Source: Bacilli bacterium (GTDB lineage Bacteria; Bacillota_I; Bacilli_A; RFN20; CAG-826). Taken from it: a stretch of 53,887 bases of DNA. The notes below the pieces were generated by a model. That model ran no database searches. It saw nothing but the letters and a program-made list of their open reading frames with translations, and was not told the origin of the DNA. How positions within the stretch are numbered: position 1 is the first letter of the stretch; each line of letters begins with the position of its first letter. The position numbers were made by a program, and so were the translations under genes. This document shows positions 1 through 10,310 of the stretch, one piece after another. The stretch lies in the NCBI GenBank assembly GCA_036649855.1, contig JAVWAV010000004.1, forward strand, positions 23,011 through 76,897, read 5' to 3'.

Positions 1-1266
1 AAATTCAACTTTATTAACTTCACCGAATTCTTTATTTAAACCAGCTTTCTTTTTAATAAAATAAACCGGTACTCCAGCAGCTGCAATAATAGCAATTAAA
101 CAAACTAATGAAATAATTGTAATTAAATCAAGTGGTAATATACCAGTGCTAACCTTTGTAGGATTCAAATTAACAAATCCAAGATCGAAGTAAACAGAGG
201 TTCCTGGTTGTGGATTTTGTTTAACACCAGTATCCGATGGCGCATAAATATATGTAACTATGCTAATATCTTCAACATATGTTTCAACAATATTGCCATT
301 CAATTTTAATTCATCTTGATTCAAAATTACGTTAAAGTTCATTTCACCATCTAGAAAATATGAAGAATAAGTAGTAACTGGATATTGATAGGTATTTTTA
401 GTTGGATCATCTGTTTTAATAATAATTTTTCCATAAGCACCAACGTTAATTTTAGAACTAATTTTTAAGGTTCCTGCTTCAAGTTTGTCTTTTATAGTCT
501 GCTTTGTTTTTGGTTTTAAAACATCAAGGTAATGTTCAACAAAGTGAGTAGAAAATTTCGAATCAACCGAAATTAAACTGCCAAACTTCGAAATTTTTTC
601 TAATCTTGAAGTAAAAAGAACAGGTTGCTTTGGATCGCCTTCTACGCCATTAAGATTAAAATTGGTTGTTGTAGATTTTGTGGTGATAGTAGCATATCCA
701 CCTTTTTTGGAAAAATCTGGAGTAGGCAAGGCGCCTTCATAAGTTGTAGGAAGTAAACCATATACTTTTGCAGATTTAAATATGCCATCACATGGAATAT
801 TAGCATATGTTGAAACTCCATCGGCAAAATCAGTTGATTTGTCGCCAACATTGTCTCCAGTAAGGTTTGCACCTTGCTTAGCAATTGGGCCAGTAAATTC
901 ACCAGTTGTTGTAACTAATTTTACAACAGGAATAACTTCAGCTTCAGGTTTAACTGGATATTGATCAGACGCACGGTAGCCAATTGTATAAATTGGTTTT
1001 GTGTCAGGTGCAACTGAGTCCTTAAACTTAAAAGTCATAGTTAAAGTAATTGAAGCATTAGTTGTTGTAATACGACTTGCAACAACATCGATAAATGAAG
1101 AGACATCTTCATATTCCTCATAGTTAGCAGCACCTAAAAGATTGGAGTTTTGAATAACTCCTGTAGGCGATGGAACTTTTGAGGTTGCGTTATTAATTGA
1201 GCTTACTAATCCAGTTGTACTAATAATCCCCATTAATAGCGTGAGTTTCAGAAATATTTTGTTCAT
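1..1266 (-). CDS. Hypothetical secreted / membrane-anchored protein, partial (C-terminus lies beyond the left window edge)
   Basis: I checked this frame by hand and it is open from 1266 down to position 1, with no tta/cta/tca at codon positions. It is absent from the ORF track because no stop codon lies in the window. The ATG at 1264-1266 is preceded by the SD AAGGAGA. The N-terminus MNKIFLKLTLLMGIISTTGLVSS looks like a signal peptide. A hydrophobic segment ILPLDLITIISLVCLIAIIAAAGVPVYF followed by IKKK lies near position 60-140, consistent with a C-terminal TM anchor. I did not recognise a family. Confidence 0.55.
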   Translation of the reverse strand, partial: MNKIFLKLTLLMGIISTTGLVSSINNATSKVPSPTGVIQNSNLLGAANYEEYEDVSSFIDVVASRITTTNASITLTMTFKFKDSVAPDTKPIYTIGYRASDQYPVKPEAEVIPVVKLVTTTGEFTGPIAKQGANLTGDNVGDKSTDFADGVSTYANIPCDGIFKSAKVYGLLPTTYEGALPTPDFSKKGGYATITTKSTTTNFNLNGVEGDPKQPVLFTSRLEKISKFGSLISVDSKFSTHFVEHYLDVLKPKTKQTIKDKLEAGTLKISSKINVGAYGKIIIKTDDPTKNTYQYPVTTYSSYFLDGEMNFNVILNQDELKLNGNIVETYVEDISIVTYIYAPSDTGVKQNPQPGTSVYFDLGFVNLNPTKVSTGILPLDLITIISLVCLIAIIAAAGVPVYFIKKKAGLNKEFGEVNKVEF

Positions 1267-1361
1267 TATATTTCTCCTTACGTTTTTTTTACTAATAATA
1301 TTTTAATAGATTTGGGCCTTATATACAAGTTTATATTTATATATAAAACCAAATTTGTCAA

Positions 1362-2375
1362 TTAGAGTCTTTCGATCATTTTAAAATCTGGTGCTTTTTT
1401 AGTTGGTTCTTCTAAAAGCACATCATCTTTTGACTTATAGATGACGGAATCTGTGATATCGATCGCCTCAAGCCCTAAAACATAATCATGAAAACTCTGT
1501 TTTTCTTTAAGAAATACCATCATCGAAAATGAGATGATTAATGGCAAGCCAAAAGTAAATAACGATAGAACAATTTCTCCCCATAAAAAAATTGCAAATC
1601 GTGCAGTAAATCGCCCAAATGAAACTTGTAAAAAGTCCTTGTTTACAAGGCCAATTTTAAAAGCTAATTTGCCAATACTTCTTCTTGTTCTTTTCATAAT
1701 AAGTCCAGGAACATATAAAACCAAAATAGAAGAAAGGATCAATGGTGCGGGAACGTCAATAAATATGAGAATCTTTGAAAAATACACATTAGCAGCATAA
1801 TATCTATCTATTTTTAGTAGATTTCCTGTAGCTGATTCAAGAATGTATTTTTCATAAAAATTAGTGTTGAAATCAGCATCTCCAACTGCAGGATTTCCAA
1901 CCACATTTTCTCCATTCTTAACGAAATAAGCAACTCCATTAAACTTGAATTCTAATCTATCTTTGTCATACTTAGCACTAGTCGTCTCGGCCAACTTTTT
2001 ATCAGTAATATTTGCTGGTAAAAATGTATGATAATAGTAATTTAAAGCCGTCTCGTATTGGGCCTTTACGTCAGATGTGGACATATCTTTTATGTTCTCA
2101 GCTTTTGTATAATAAGTTACAATTGACAATAACTCATTGTGTGAGGCTCCACTTAACTTATATAGTTGAGAATTTTCTTTAATCTCATCATAATCTTTTT
2201 GATAACCTTTATTCATATCGGTAGTTTTAACAATCATATCTGTGCACATCACAAGACCCATAAATACAAAGGCTAAAATAAGAAAATCAAGCAATGCTGA
2301 AAACACCCTTTTATAAAATGCAGGGCGATCATATTCAACATAAATTGTATTATCTTCTACTTTTCTAATTCCCAT
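1362..2375 (-). CDS. RDD-family integral membrane protein, paralogue 1 (large loop inserted after TM1)
   Basis: 337 aa. The N-terminal R..(x)..D motif is FYKRVFSALLDFLILAF in TM1. A ~170 aa non-hydrophobic insert follows, then TRRSIGKLAFKIGLV and the late SFHDYVLG motif typical of PF06271. It overlaps the upstream paralogue by 19 nt. Confidence 0.75.
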   Translation of the reverse strand: MGIRKVEDNTIYVEYDRPAFYKRVFSALLDFLILAFVFMGLVMCTDMIVKTTDMNKGYQKDYDEIKENSQLYKLSGASHNELLSIVTYYTKAENIKDMSTSDVKAQYETALNYYYHTFLPANITDKKLAETTSAKYDKDRLEFKFNGVAYFVKNGENVVGNPAVGDADFNTNFYEKYILESATGNLLKIDRYYAANVYFSKILIFIDVPAPLILSSILVLYVPGLIMKRTRRSIGKLAFKIGLVNKDFLQVSFGRFTARFAIFLWGEIVLSLFTFGLPLIISFSMMVFLKEKQSFHDYVLGLEAIDITDSVIYKSKDDVLLEEPTKKAPDFKMIERL

Positions 2376-3553
2376 TTTATCTCTTTTTCTCTATTGTAGG
2401 CATCAACTAATGAGCTTTCGACAACAACACTGTTTGAAGCAAGTTCCTTGATCGACATTTTCTTACTATTTGATAGTGAAATAATAAGTGTAATAGCATC
2501 AAATACCATCCCAAATATTATAACAAATAAAAGGGATATTTTAAACGATTGAATATTAATTAAATATAATGAAAAACAATATGAAAATCCGACTGAAAGC
2601 ATTGGAATAAACGCAACAATTGGAAGATTTTCGAAAAACTCAATTGCTCCTCTCCACGCCACTTTACTTTTAGCAACAGGAACTACGGTATTTTTCTCAA
2701 TAACTTCAAGTTTTAAGAAAATCTTTCCGAGCGTACGGCCTTTTTTATCAAGAAGTGGAATAAGGAAATAAAATACTCCTACAGCAAGAAAATATGAAGC
2801 TAGAGTAGCATAAACCGTTGAAGAATCGACAAAATACGTAATCTCATTAATTTGTTTGGTAATATTTTTATAAGTTGCGTTTCCACTAGCAAAATCGTTA
2901 ATAATCTTATCGTAATGTGAGAAAAAGAATCCGTTTCTAAAATAGGAGAGTAATTTCTCACCACTTGAAGATATTTTATCCTTAGCATCAAAATAAGGTT
3001 TAAGAAGATTTTTATTTGTTTTACTTAAAACTAAATATCCTTCCTTATCACGGATAAATTCATTATTTTCTTTAACAAATATATCGTTATTTTGAATAGA
3101 GGTAATATAAGCTTTATTAATTTCCGTAAGAGTCATTTTATGAGCATAGTTAACATTAATATTATATCTTGCTACTACTTCATCATTATTATTTCTAGTA
3201 TAAGAAATATTAGTAATATCTCCTTCTTTATAGACATAAAACTTCATAAAAGAAGCAAAAGCTGCTTCAGAACCTTTATCAAAGTTATAATCTAAATTAC
3301 CTTCATTATTATAGGTTTTAATAATAAGCCCATTATCGTAGAGTAAATCTAAACGTTCAAGATTTATTGTTGAACGTTGAGCTATTTTTTCATAATACCC
3401 AATAATAGGTTTTGTAATTTGAAAAACTACTAATTCAAAAAGAAAAACACTAGCAATAAGCATAATAAATATATCTGCTAAAAATGATAAGATTCTTCTT
3501 CCAAAGCGAGCAGGAATTACTTCTATTTCAGCACTTGCTATTTCTTCATTCAT
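2357..3553 (-). CDS. RDD-family integral membrane protein, paralogue 2
   Basis: 398 aa. It has FGRRILSFLADIFIML, then a ~220 aa insert, then KGRTLGKIFLKLEVI. The last conserved Asp appears replaced (SIKELASNSVVVE). There is an 8-nt overlap with the upstream gene. Confidence 0.72.
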   Translation of the reverse strand: MNEEIASAEIEVIPARFGRRILSFLADIFIMLIASVFLFELVVFQITKPIIGYYEKIAQRSTINLERLDLLYDNGLIIKTYNNEGNLDYNFDKGSEAAFASFMKFYVYKEGDITNISYTRNNNDEVVARYNINVNYAHKMTLTEINKAYITSIQNNDIFVKENNEFIRDKEGYLVLSKTNKNLLKPYFDAKDKISSSGEKLLSYFRNGFFFSHYDKIINDFASGNATYKNITKQINEITYFVDSSTVYATLASYFLAVGVFYFLIPLLDKKGRTLGKIFLKLEVIEKNTVVPVAKSKVAWRGAIEFFENLPIVAFIPMLSVGFSYCFSLYLINIQSFKISLLFVIIFGMVFDAITLIISLSNSKKMSIKELASNSVVVESSLVDAYNREKEIKWELEK

Positions 3554-4565
3554 GATTCTCTCCTACGTTAACGGATGCAATATGTGAAAGCATATTGCTA
3601 AATTCCGGATCGCTTAAGCTTTCATCTTCTTTTGCTGCTAAATCAATATCTTCTGAGCACGATATAATATTAGATAAATCATGCTGACCTCTAGATAGCG
3701 TCATATAAAGTAATTCAATAAAGATAGGTAAAACTACTAATAAGGAAATAGAATAAAGATTAAAATAATAAAGTCCCACACCAACTATTATAAATATAGG
3801 TAGCAAACGATAAAGTGATTTATATTTAGCAATAACTTCCCCATCTTTAGAATTAACTATACCAATACTTAGCATCTTATATCCTAAACTAACTCCAGTT
3901 TTTGATAAAAGTGGAATAAGTATCATATAAATAAATACACTGATAAAAAAAGATGATACAATTGCGGTTTGACGAAGATAAATATTATCTTTAAAAGCAT
4001 TTCCATAAGTTTCGTCAAACGCAAGCGCGACGTTTTGCAATTTGCTGTAACCTACTTCAAAGATATCAAATAAATTATGTTTACCAACAGGAGTTATAAT
4101 ATTATCAGCTCTAATTGTTCCAACTTTATCAAGTAAGGGCTCATTTTTTTCATTAACTTGATAAGAAAAATAATCTGTTTGGTAGTTAGTACTGTCTGGC
4201 GTTGCAGGTAAATGTAAAATATTAACATTATATAAATATTCAACACTTACGTGATCATCTGCTGGCCTTGATTCATTAGATTTTTGATAAATTTCTTCAT
4301 ATAATTTATCAAAAAACACATATTCTAAAGCTTCTTTATAAGGAGCATAGTTTGGCGTACTAGAAGTAACATTTAAACGATACTCGATTTGTTTTTCTTC
4401 AATTACTTTAGTATTGTTTTTTAGGTTGGAAAAACTTCCAAAGCACATCATAAAAACAAGTGAATAAAAAACATAAGTCGTTAAAGCAATAAGACTAAGA
4501 TCAATTAATTTACCAAGCATGCGCTTTGGAAGATAAGCGCGATAAAAAGCGTGAGATTTATTCAT
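3546..4565 (-). CDS. RDD-family integral membrane protein, paralogue 3
   Basis: 339 aa. It has LPKRMLGKLIDLSLIAL, then a ~170 aa insert, then TGVSLGYKMLSIGIV and a late QHDLSNI motif. There is an 8-nt overlap with the upstream gene. Confidence 0.72.
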   Translation of the reverse strand: MNKSHAFYRAYLPKRMLGKLIDLSLIALTTYVFYSLVFMMCFGSFSNLKNNTKVIEEKQIEYRLNVTSSTPNYAPYKEALEYVFFDKLYEEIYQKSNESRPADDHVSVEYLYNVNILHLPATPDSTNYQTDYFSYQVNEKNEPLLDKVGTIRADNIITPVGKHNLFDIFEVGYSKLQNVALAFDETYGNAFKDNIYLRQTAIVSSFFISVFIYMILIPLLSKTGVSLGYKMLSIGIVNSKDGEVIAKYKSLYRLLPIFIIVGVGLYYFNLYSISLLVVLPIFIELLYMTLSRGQHDLSNIISCSEDIDLAAKEDESLSDPEFSNMLSHIASVNVGENHE

Positions 4566-5529
4566 TTCCTAACCCATGACTTAAATAGTAAGAATCTTGT
4601 TCAGACTTAGAAACAAACCAAGTTGAGGTAGTTTTATCAATAACCACACTATTTGAACAAAAATCATGAATACATCTTCTTTTTTTGTTAAAAATAAACA
4701 TCATATAAGAAATTAAGAATGCTCCTCCCATCGTAGCTATTCCTAAGGCAAACTCGACTACAAATAAAGTTAAGAAACGTAATATATACCACATTTTATT
4801 TAAGCGATACCCGTCTTTAGTTAATACGCCAATCTTACAAATCCACTTACCAACTGTTTCGCCGTTTGGTGAACAAATAGGAATAAGTCCATAAATAATA
4901 AAGGCTCCAACAAGTAGAGTAGGAATAATATAAATTAATCCACTAAGCATAAGATTAGAGTTCTTGTTATTTAAGTCCGTAATTTTATTAAAACTTGTCG
5001 TTACTTTAATAGCCGTTGTATAAACATCGTTTAAATAACTAATTGTTTTATTTTCTTTACTATTATCAATTAGTTTAATAATAGATAGATCTTTGTTATA
5101 TGTAAACGAGGCAATATTTGATTCTTCTTTTCCTACTTTTAAAACATCTTTATTAAAGTTTTCTAGTGTTAATTTATTTTTATTAAAATTAGTAATCTTA
5201 TCCGTATAAAAAGTATAAAGTGAATCAATACAAGATATCTTATGAAGACTTCCATCAACTGATTTTTCAAAACTAATAAAGTCTTTAACTGTCTTTGGAT
5301 ATTGTATACCATTTTTAGCAACCACATTTGTTCCAATTTGTTCATATAGATTGCTTCTAAGGAATATTGTTCCAATTTCGTTTTGATTCATAATATAAGA
5401 AGTTTTATCAAATGTGGTTGGAAAAATGGCCGTAAAAAAGACAATTAAACTAATCGTTAAAAAAAGCGCTAAATCAATTACGGCGGCAGAAATTCTTTTG
5501 GACATTTTTGCTAAAACAATACACTTCAT
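4558..5529 (-). CDS. RDD-family integral membrane protein, paralogue 4 (first gene of the array)
   Basis: 323 aa. It has MSKRISAAVIDLALFL, a ~150 aa insert, NGETVGKWICKIGVLTKDG and CIHDFCSNSVVID, which is the clearest RDD signature of the four. There is no SD before the ATG at 5529. An alternative start is M9 (5505). Confidence 0.78.
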   Translation of the reverse strand: MKCIVLAKMSKRISAAVIDLALFLTISLIVFFTAIFPTTFDKTSYIMNQNEIGTIFLRSNLYEQIGTNVVAKNGIQYPKTVKDFISFEKSVDGSLHKISCIDSLYTFYTDKITNFNKNKLTLENFNKDVLKVGKEESNIASFTYNKDLSIIKLIDNSKENKTISYLNDVYTTAIKVTTSFNKITDLNNKNSNLMLSGLIYIIPTLLVGAFIIYGLIPICSPNGETVGKWICKIGVLTKDGYRLNKMWYILRFLTLFVVEFALGIATMGGAFLISYMMFIFNKKRRCIHDFCSNSVVIDKTTSTWFVSKSEQDSYYLSHGLGNE

Positions 5530-5537
5530 ATTGTTTA

Positions 5538-5543
5538 ATTATA
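5538..5543 (-). promoter_or_regulatory. Candidate -10 box (TATAAT) for the RDD operon, only 8 nt upstream of the ATG
   Basis: The minus strand reads TTGTATAATTAAACAATATG. The -35 is weak and no SD is present, so the transcript may be leaderless or nearly so. Confidence 0.3.
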
Positions 5544-5624
5544 CAATAATTTTAAGAAAATTTATAGATATTTATTATTGTCTTTGTTTTAGCAAAATTA
5601 AAGGCGAAGTCTTAAAAATTATAA

Positions 5625-5652
5625 GAAAAAACCCGTTATAAAACGGGTTTTT
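5625..5652 (-). terminator. Rho-independent terminator after tuf
   Basis: The stem is ACCCGTT / AACGGGT with loop ATAA. It is flanked by an A-run on plus, which gives a T-run on the minus strand. It lies 30 nt downstream of the tuf stop. Confidence 0.7.
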
Positions 5653-5682
5653 AGATTTAAGTTATTTTTAGTTTTTGTAAAA

Positions 5683-6867
5683 CTATTTAATAATTTCGCC
5701 GACTGTTCCAGCACCGACTGTTCTGCCACCTTCACGGATGGAGAATTTGGTACCTTTTTCAATTGCAACTGGGTGAATTAATTCGATGGTTAATTCAATA
5801 TTGTCGCCTGGCATAACCATTTCTGTTCCTGCTGGAAGAGTAATGATACCAGTGACGTCAGTTGTTCTGAAGTAGAATTGTGGTCTATAGTTTGTTAAGA
5901 ATGCAGTGTGACGTCCACCTTCTTCTTTAGTTAAAATATAAACTGCAGCTTGGAATCTTGTGTGTGGGATAATTGATCCTGGTTTTGCTAAGACTTGTCC
6001 TCTTTCAACTTGATCACGGGTAATACCACGTAATAAGCAACCGACGTTATCGCCAGCTTCTGCAAAATCAAGAAGTTTACGGAACATTTCAATACCAGTA
6101 ACGATGGTCTTAAGAGTTGGTTTAATACCGACTAATTCAGCTTCATCATTAAGTTTGATCATACCTCTTTCAACTCTTCCGGTAACAACTGTTCCACGGC
6201 CTGTAATTGTTAAAACGTCTTCAATTGCAAGTAAGAATGGTTTGTCGTTATCTCTAACTGGATCTGGGAAGTAGGAATCACATGCATCCATTAAATCCAT
6301 AATTGCTTTTTGAGCATCGGCGTCGCCGTCTAATGCTTTTCTAGCACTGCCACGGATAACTGGTGTATCATCACCTGGGAATCCATAGGAATTTAATAAA
6401 TCACGGACGTCCATTTCAACTAAATCAGTTAATTCTGGATCATCAACTAAGTCACATTTGTTTAAGAAAACGATAATGTATGGAACACCAACTTGTCTTG
6501 CAAGTAAAATGTGTTCTCTTGTTTGTGGCATAACGCCATCTGTTGCAGCAACAACAAGAATTGCGCCGTCCATTTGAGCAGCACCAGTGATCATGTTTTT
6601 AACATAGTCAGCATGCCCTGGGCAGTCAACGTGTGCGTAGTGACGTTTTGCAGTTGTGTATTCAATATGTGATGTATTAATTGTAATACCACGTGCTTTT
6701 TCTTCTGGTGTTGCGTCTATTTGTTCATAAGCCATAGCTTTAGCATCACCGTGTTGAGCTAATACTGTTGTAATTGCAGCTGTTAAAGTGGTCTTACCGT
6801 GGTCAACGTGACCAATGGTACCAATATTAACGTGAGTTTTACTTCTATCAAATTTTGTTTTTGCCAT
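5683..6867 (-). CDS. tuf: Elongation factor Tu
   Basis: 394 aa. GTPase motifs [14 protein letters not shown] and NKCD are present. Length and position after fusA are typical. Confidence 0.98.
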   Translation of the reverse strand: MAKTKFDRSKTHVNIGTIGHVDHGKTTLTAAITTVLAQHGDAKAMAYEQIDATPEEKARGITINTSHIEYTTAKRHYAHVDCPGHADYVKNMITGAAQMDGAILVVAATDGVMPQTREHILLARQVGVPYIIVFLNKCDLVDDPELTDLVEMDVRDLLNSYGFPGDDTPVIRGSARKALDGDADAQKAIMDLMDACDSYFPDPVRDNDKPFLLAIEDVLTITGRGTVVTGRVERGMIKLNDEAELVGIKPTLKTIVTGIEMFRKLLDFAEAGDNVGCLLRGITRDQVERGQVLAKPGSIIPHTRFQAAVYILTKEEGGRHTAFLTNYRPQFYFRTTDVTGIITLPAGTEMVMPGDNIELTIELIHPVAIEKGTKFSIREGGRTVGAGTVGEIIK

Positions 6868-6897
6868 TTATATTTCCTCCTGAAATCATTATTTTAT

Positions 6898-6924
6898 TTT
6901 ATAGCAATTTTTATTCTAAATCAA
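6898..6924 (-). promoter_or_regulatory. Candidate internal promoter for tuf in the fusA-tuf spacer
   Basis: The minus strand reads TTGATT, a 15-nt spacer, then TGCTATAAA (an extended -10-like TGn). The spacer is shorter than optimal. Confidence 0.35.
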
Positions 6925-6948
6925 TACAGTTAGTATTAATTTATTAAT

Positions 6949-9030
6949 CTAGTCGTTTTTATTGCCGGATTTCTTAATAATCTCATCAGCAACAAATCTT
7001 GGGCATTCTCCATAATGTGAGAAAGTCATGGTGTAATTACCTCTTCCTTGAGTAAAGCTACGAAGATCAGTAACATATCCGAACATTTCAGCAAGTGGTA
7101 CTTCTGCATCAATTGATTTAGCATTACCGTGTTGTGATTCTCCAGTCATTTGTCCTCTTCTACGAGCCAAATCACCTAAGACATCACCATAATATTGTTC
7201 TGGAACTGTAACTTCAATTTTCATAATAGGTTCAAGAATGACTGGAGAACATCTTTTTGCAGCTTCTTTAAGGGCTAAAGAGGCAGCAATCTTATATGCA
7301 GCTTCAGACGAGTCGACATCGTGATATGATCCATCGAATAAAGTTGCCTTTAAATCGATGATTGGATATCCAGCGACGAGTCCTCTATCGAGAGCTGATT
7401 TTAGACCTTCTTCAGTTGGTTTGATATATTCACGTGGAACTGTTCCACCAACAACTGCATCAACGAATTCAAATCCTTTTCCTGGATTTGGTTCAAATTT
7501 GATCCAAACGTGACCATATTGTCCACGGCCACCTGATTGCTTAATATATTTTCCTTCACATTCGGCACTTCCTTTAATTGTTTCACGATATCCAACTTGT
7601 GGTTGGCCAACGTTAACTTGGACTCCGAATTCTCTTCTTAATCTATCAACGAGAACATCAAGATGTAACTCACCAACTCCAGCAATAATAGTTTGACCGG
7701 TTTCTTGGTTAGTATGAACCTTAAATGTTGGATCTTCTTCTGCTAATTTGAGTAATCCAATTGTCATTTTCTCTTGGTCAGCTTTTGATTTTGGTTCAAC
7801 TGCTTCCTCAATAACTGGCTCTGGAAACTCCATTTGTTCAAGAATAACTTCATTATCATCTTCGCTACAAAGTGTATCGCCAGTTGTCGTTGATTTTAAA
7901 CCAACAACAGCTCCAATATCTCCGGCATTAAGTTCTTCAACTTCTTGACGGTGATTTGAATGCATTAGAACTAATCTTGCGATACGTTCTTTAACACCTT
8001 TTGTAGTATTCCAAACATAGGAACCTGATTTTAATGTACCTGAATAAATACGAACATAGGCTAATCTACCAATAAATGGATCAGTTGCAATCTTGAATGC
8101 AAGAGCTGCAAGTGGGCCATCGTCTTTTGGTAAGCAAACATATTCGGCTCCAGTTTTGACTAACACACCTTTTGAAGGTGGAATATCAAGTGGAGAAGGT
8201 AAATAACTTACAATACCATCAAGTAATGGATGAACGCCTTTATTTTTATAAGCTGAACCTGCAAATACTGGGAAGAATTCACCGGTTAATACAGCTTTAC
8301 GAATTGTCGTCTTAATTTCTTCAACTGGAACTTCTTCACCATCTAAAACTTTCATCATGATGTCATCATCAAATGCTGCAAGTTTTTCAAGTAAGATAGC
8401 TCTTAATTCTTCACATTTAGCAACGTATTCAGCTGGAACGTCTGTGATTTCTGGAGCAACAGCTCCTTCACCATAAACATAAGCTTTTCTTTCAATAATA
8501 TCAATAACGCCTTTTAATGATGATTCAATACCAATTGGATATTGAACGGCTGCAGCATTGGCTGCAAGGCGTTCATGAAGTGAGCGAACGCTCATTTCAA
8601 AATCAGCACCAATAGCGTCAAGTTTATTAACAAATACAATACGTGGAACCCCATATTTTGTACCTTGTCTCCAAACGGTTTCGGTTTGTGGTTCAACACC
8701 ACTCTTACCATCAAGAACAGTTACAGCACCATCAAGTACACGTAACGATCTTTCAACTTCAACTGTAAAGTCAACGTGCCCTGGAGTATCGATAATATTA
8801 ATTCTATTACCTTTCCAGAAAGCAGTTGTTGCAGCTGAGGTAATTGTAATTCCTCTTTCTTGCTCTTGAGCCATCCAGTCCATGGTAGCAGCGCCTTCAT
8901 GAGTCTCGCCGATTTTATGAATCTTTCCTGTAAAGAATAAAATACGTTCAGTTGTCGTAGTCTTACCAGCATCAATATGGGCCATGATACCGATATTTCT
9001 TGTATGAGCTAAATCATATTCACGAGTCAT
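6949..9030 (-). CDS. fusA: Elongation factor G
   Basis: 693 aa. It has [17 protein letters not shown] and NKLD motifs, and str-operon order. Confidence 0.98.
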   Translation of the reverse strand: MTREYDLAHTRNIGIMAHIDAGKTTTTERILFFTGKIHKIGETHEGAATMDWMAQEQERGITITSAATTAFWKGNRINIIDTPGHVDFTVEVERSLRVLDGAVTVLDGKSGVEPQTETVWRQGTKYGVPRIVFVNKLDAIGADFEMSVRSLHERLAANAAAVQYPIGIESSLKGVIDIIERKAYVYGEGAVAPEITDVPAEYVAKCEELRAILLEKLAAFDDDIMMKVLDGEEVPVEEIKTTIRKAVLTGEFFPVFAGSAYKNKGVHPLLDGIVSYLPSPLDIPPSKGVLVKTGAEYVCLPKDDGPLAALAFKIATDPFIGRLAYVRIYSGTLKSGSYVWNTTKGVKERIARLVLMHSNHRQEVEELNAGDIGAVVGLKSTTTGDTLCSEDDNEVILEQMEFPEPVIEEAVEPKSKADQEKMTIGLLKLAEEDPTFKVHTNQETGQTIIAGVGELHLDVLVDRLRREFGVQVNVGQPQVGYRETIKGSAECEGKYIKQSGGRGQYGHVWIKFEPNPGKGFEFVDAVVGGTVPREYIKPTEEGLKSALDRGLVAGYPIIDLKATLFDGSYHDVDSSEAAYKIAASLALKEAAKRCSPVILEPIMKIEVTVPEQYYGDVLGDLARRRGQMTGESQHGNAKSIDAEVPLAEMFGYVTDLRSFTQGRGNYTMTFSHYGECPRFVADEIIKKSGNKND

Positions 9031-9042
9031 ATTTTATCTCCT

Positions 9043-9513
9043 TTACCACTTATAATGTGCGTAAGCTTTATTTGCCTCTGCCATCTTATAGACGTCTTCT
9101 CTCTTTTTAACAGAACCACCGGCGCCGTTTGCAGCGTCAAGAATTTCTCCTGCTAATCTATCTTCCATTGTTTTTTCATTTCTAAGTCTTGAATAATTTA
9201 CTAACCAACGTAAGCCTAATGTGACTTTTCTATCAGCAGCAACTTCAGTTGGAACTTGATAGTTTGCGCTACCAATTCTTCTAACCTTAAGTTCTACTTC
9301 TGGCATAATGTTATTAATTGCTGTTGCAAATATATCCATTGCTGGTTTACCAGTTTTACTTTCGATCTTTTGAAAAGCATTATATAAGATGGTTTGAGCA
9401 GTTCCTCTTTTACCATCGACCATAATGTTATTGATTAAACGAGTAACTAATTTTGAATTGTAGATTGGATCTGGTAAAACATCGCGTTTTACTACTTTAC
9501 CTTTACGTGCCAT
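9043..9513 (-). CDS. rpsG: 30S ribosomal protein S7
   Basis: 156 aa. It starts MARKGKV and ends in a typical S7 C-terminus. It lies between rpsL and fusA. Confidence 0.97.
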   Translation of the reverse strand: MARKGKVVKRDVLPDPIYNSKLVTRLINNIMVDGKRGTAQTILYNAFQKIESKTGKPAMDIFATAINNIMPEVELKVRRIGSANYQVPTEVAADRKVTLGLRWLVNYSRLRNEKTMEDRLAGEILDAANGAGGSVKKREDVYKMAEANKAYAHYKW

Positions 9514-9528
9514 AATTTTCCTTCCTCC

Positions 9529-9954
9529 TTATGCGTTGTCTTTGGAAGTTGGACGTTTTGTTCCATAAAGTGATCTTCCTTGACGTCTTTTTTCAATACC
9601 TGAACAGTCTAATGTACCTCTGATAATGTGGTATCTAACACCTGGAAGGTCTTTACATCTTCCACCACGAATCATAACAGTACTATGTTCTTGTAAGTTG
9701 TGTCCTTCACCACCAATATAGGCAGTGACTTCATAACCATTAGAAAGCTTAACTCTAGCGTATTTTCTTAAAGCTGAGTTTGGTTTCTTTGGGGTCATTG
9801 TACCAACACGGGTACATACTCCTCTTTTTTGAGAAGCATTTTGATCTGTTTCTTTCTTGTTAAGGGAATTCCATCTTACAAGAAGAGCTGGAGCTTTTGG
9901 TTTTACTTCAACACTCTTTCTGGATTCTCTAACTAATTGATTAATTGTTGGCAT
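9529..9954 (-). CDS. rpsL: 30S ribosomal protein S12
   Basis: The canonical N-terminus MPTINQLVR begins at the ATG at 9954, which lies 6 nt after the SD AAGGAGA (9961-9967). The ORF-track start at 9993 adds 13 non-conserved residues and has no SD. Confidence 0.95.
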   Translation of the reverse strand: MPTINQLVRESRKSVEVKPKAPALLVRWNSLNKKETDQNASQKRGVCTRVGTMTPKKPNSALRKYARVKLSNGYEVTAYIGGEGHNLQEHSTVMIRGGRCKDLPGVRYHIIRGTLDCSGIEKRRQGRSLYGTKRPTSKDNA

Positions 9955-10078
9955 TAACATTCTCCTTATTAATAATTCAATTAAGTATTGCACACAATAC
10001 CGGGCGTTTCATTTACTTTCCAATAAATAAGGACCTACAATAAGTCCCACGTCACACGTACTTTGCGCATGCCTATAT

Positions 10079-10107
10079 ATAATATATAAAACCCATTCCT
10101 AAATCAA
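10079..10107 (-). promoter_or_regulatory. Candidate sigma-A type promoter of the str operon
   Basis: The minus strand reads TTGATT (10102-10107), a 17-nt spacer, then TATTAT (10079-10084). A leader of ~120 nt would follow. Confidence 0.45.
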
Positions 10108-10310
10108 TATTTATTTAAAATTTATTACACATTTCTTAATAGTCTCTTACTTCTTCTTACAAAACCAATGTGTAGTAAATTTTTAAATCAAATTTTAATT
10201 TATTAACTCTATAAGTTTAACATTTTTAAACGAACTTAAAATTAAAATTTGGGCTTTTCTTCTTCGTAATTATTGTAAATCTACCCTTAATTGCATATTA
10301 TAATTAGTGT

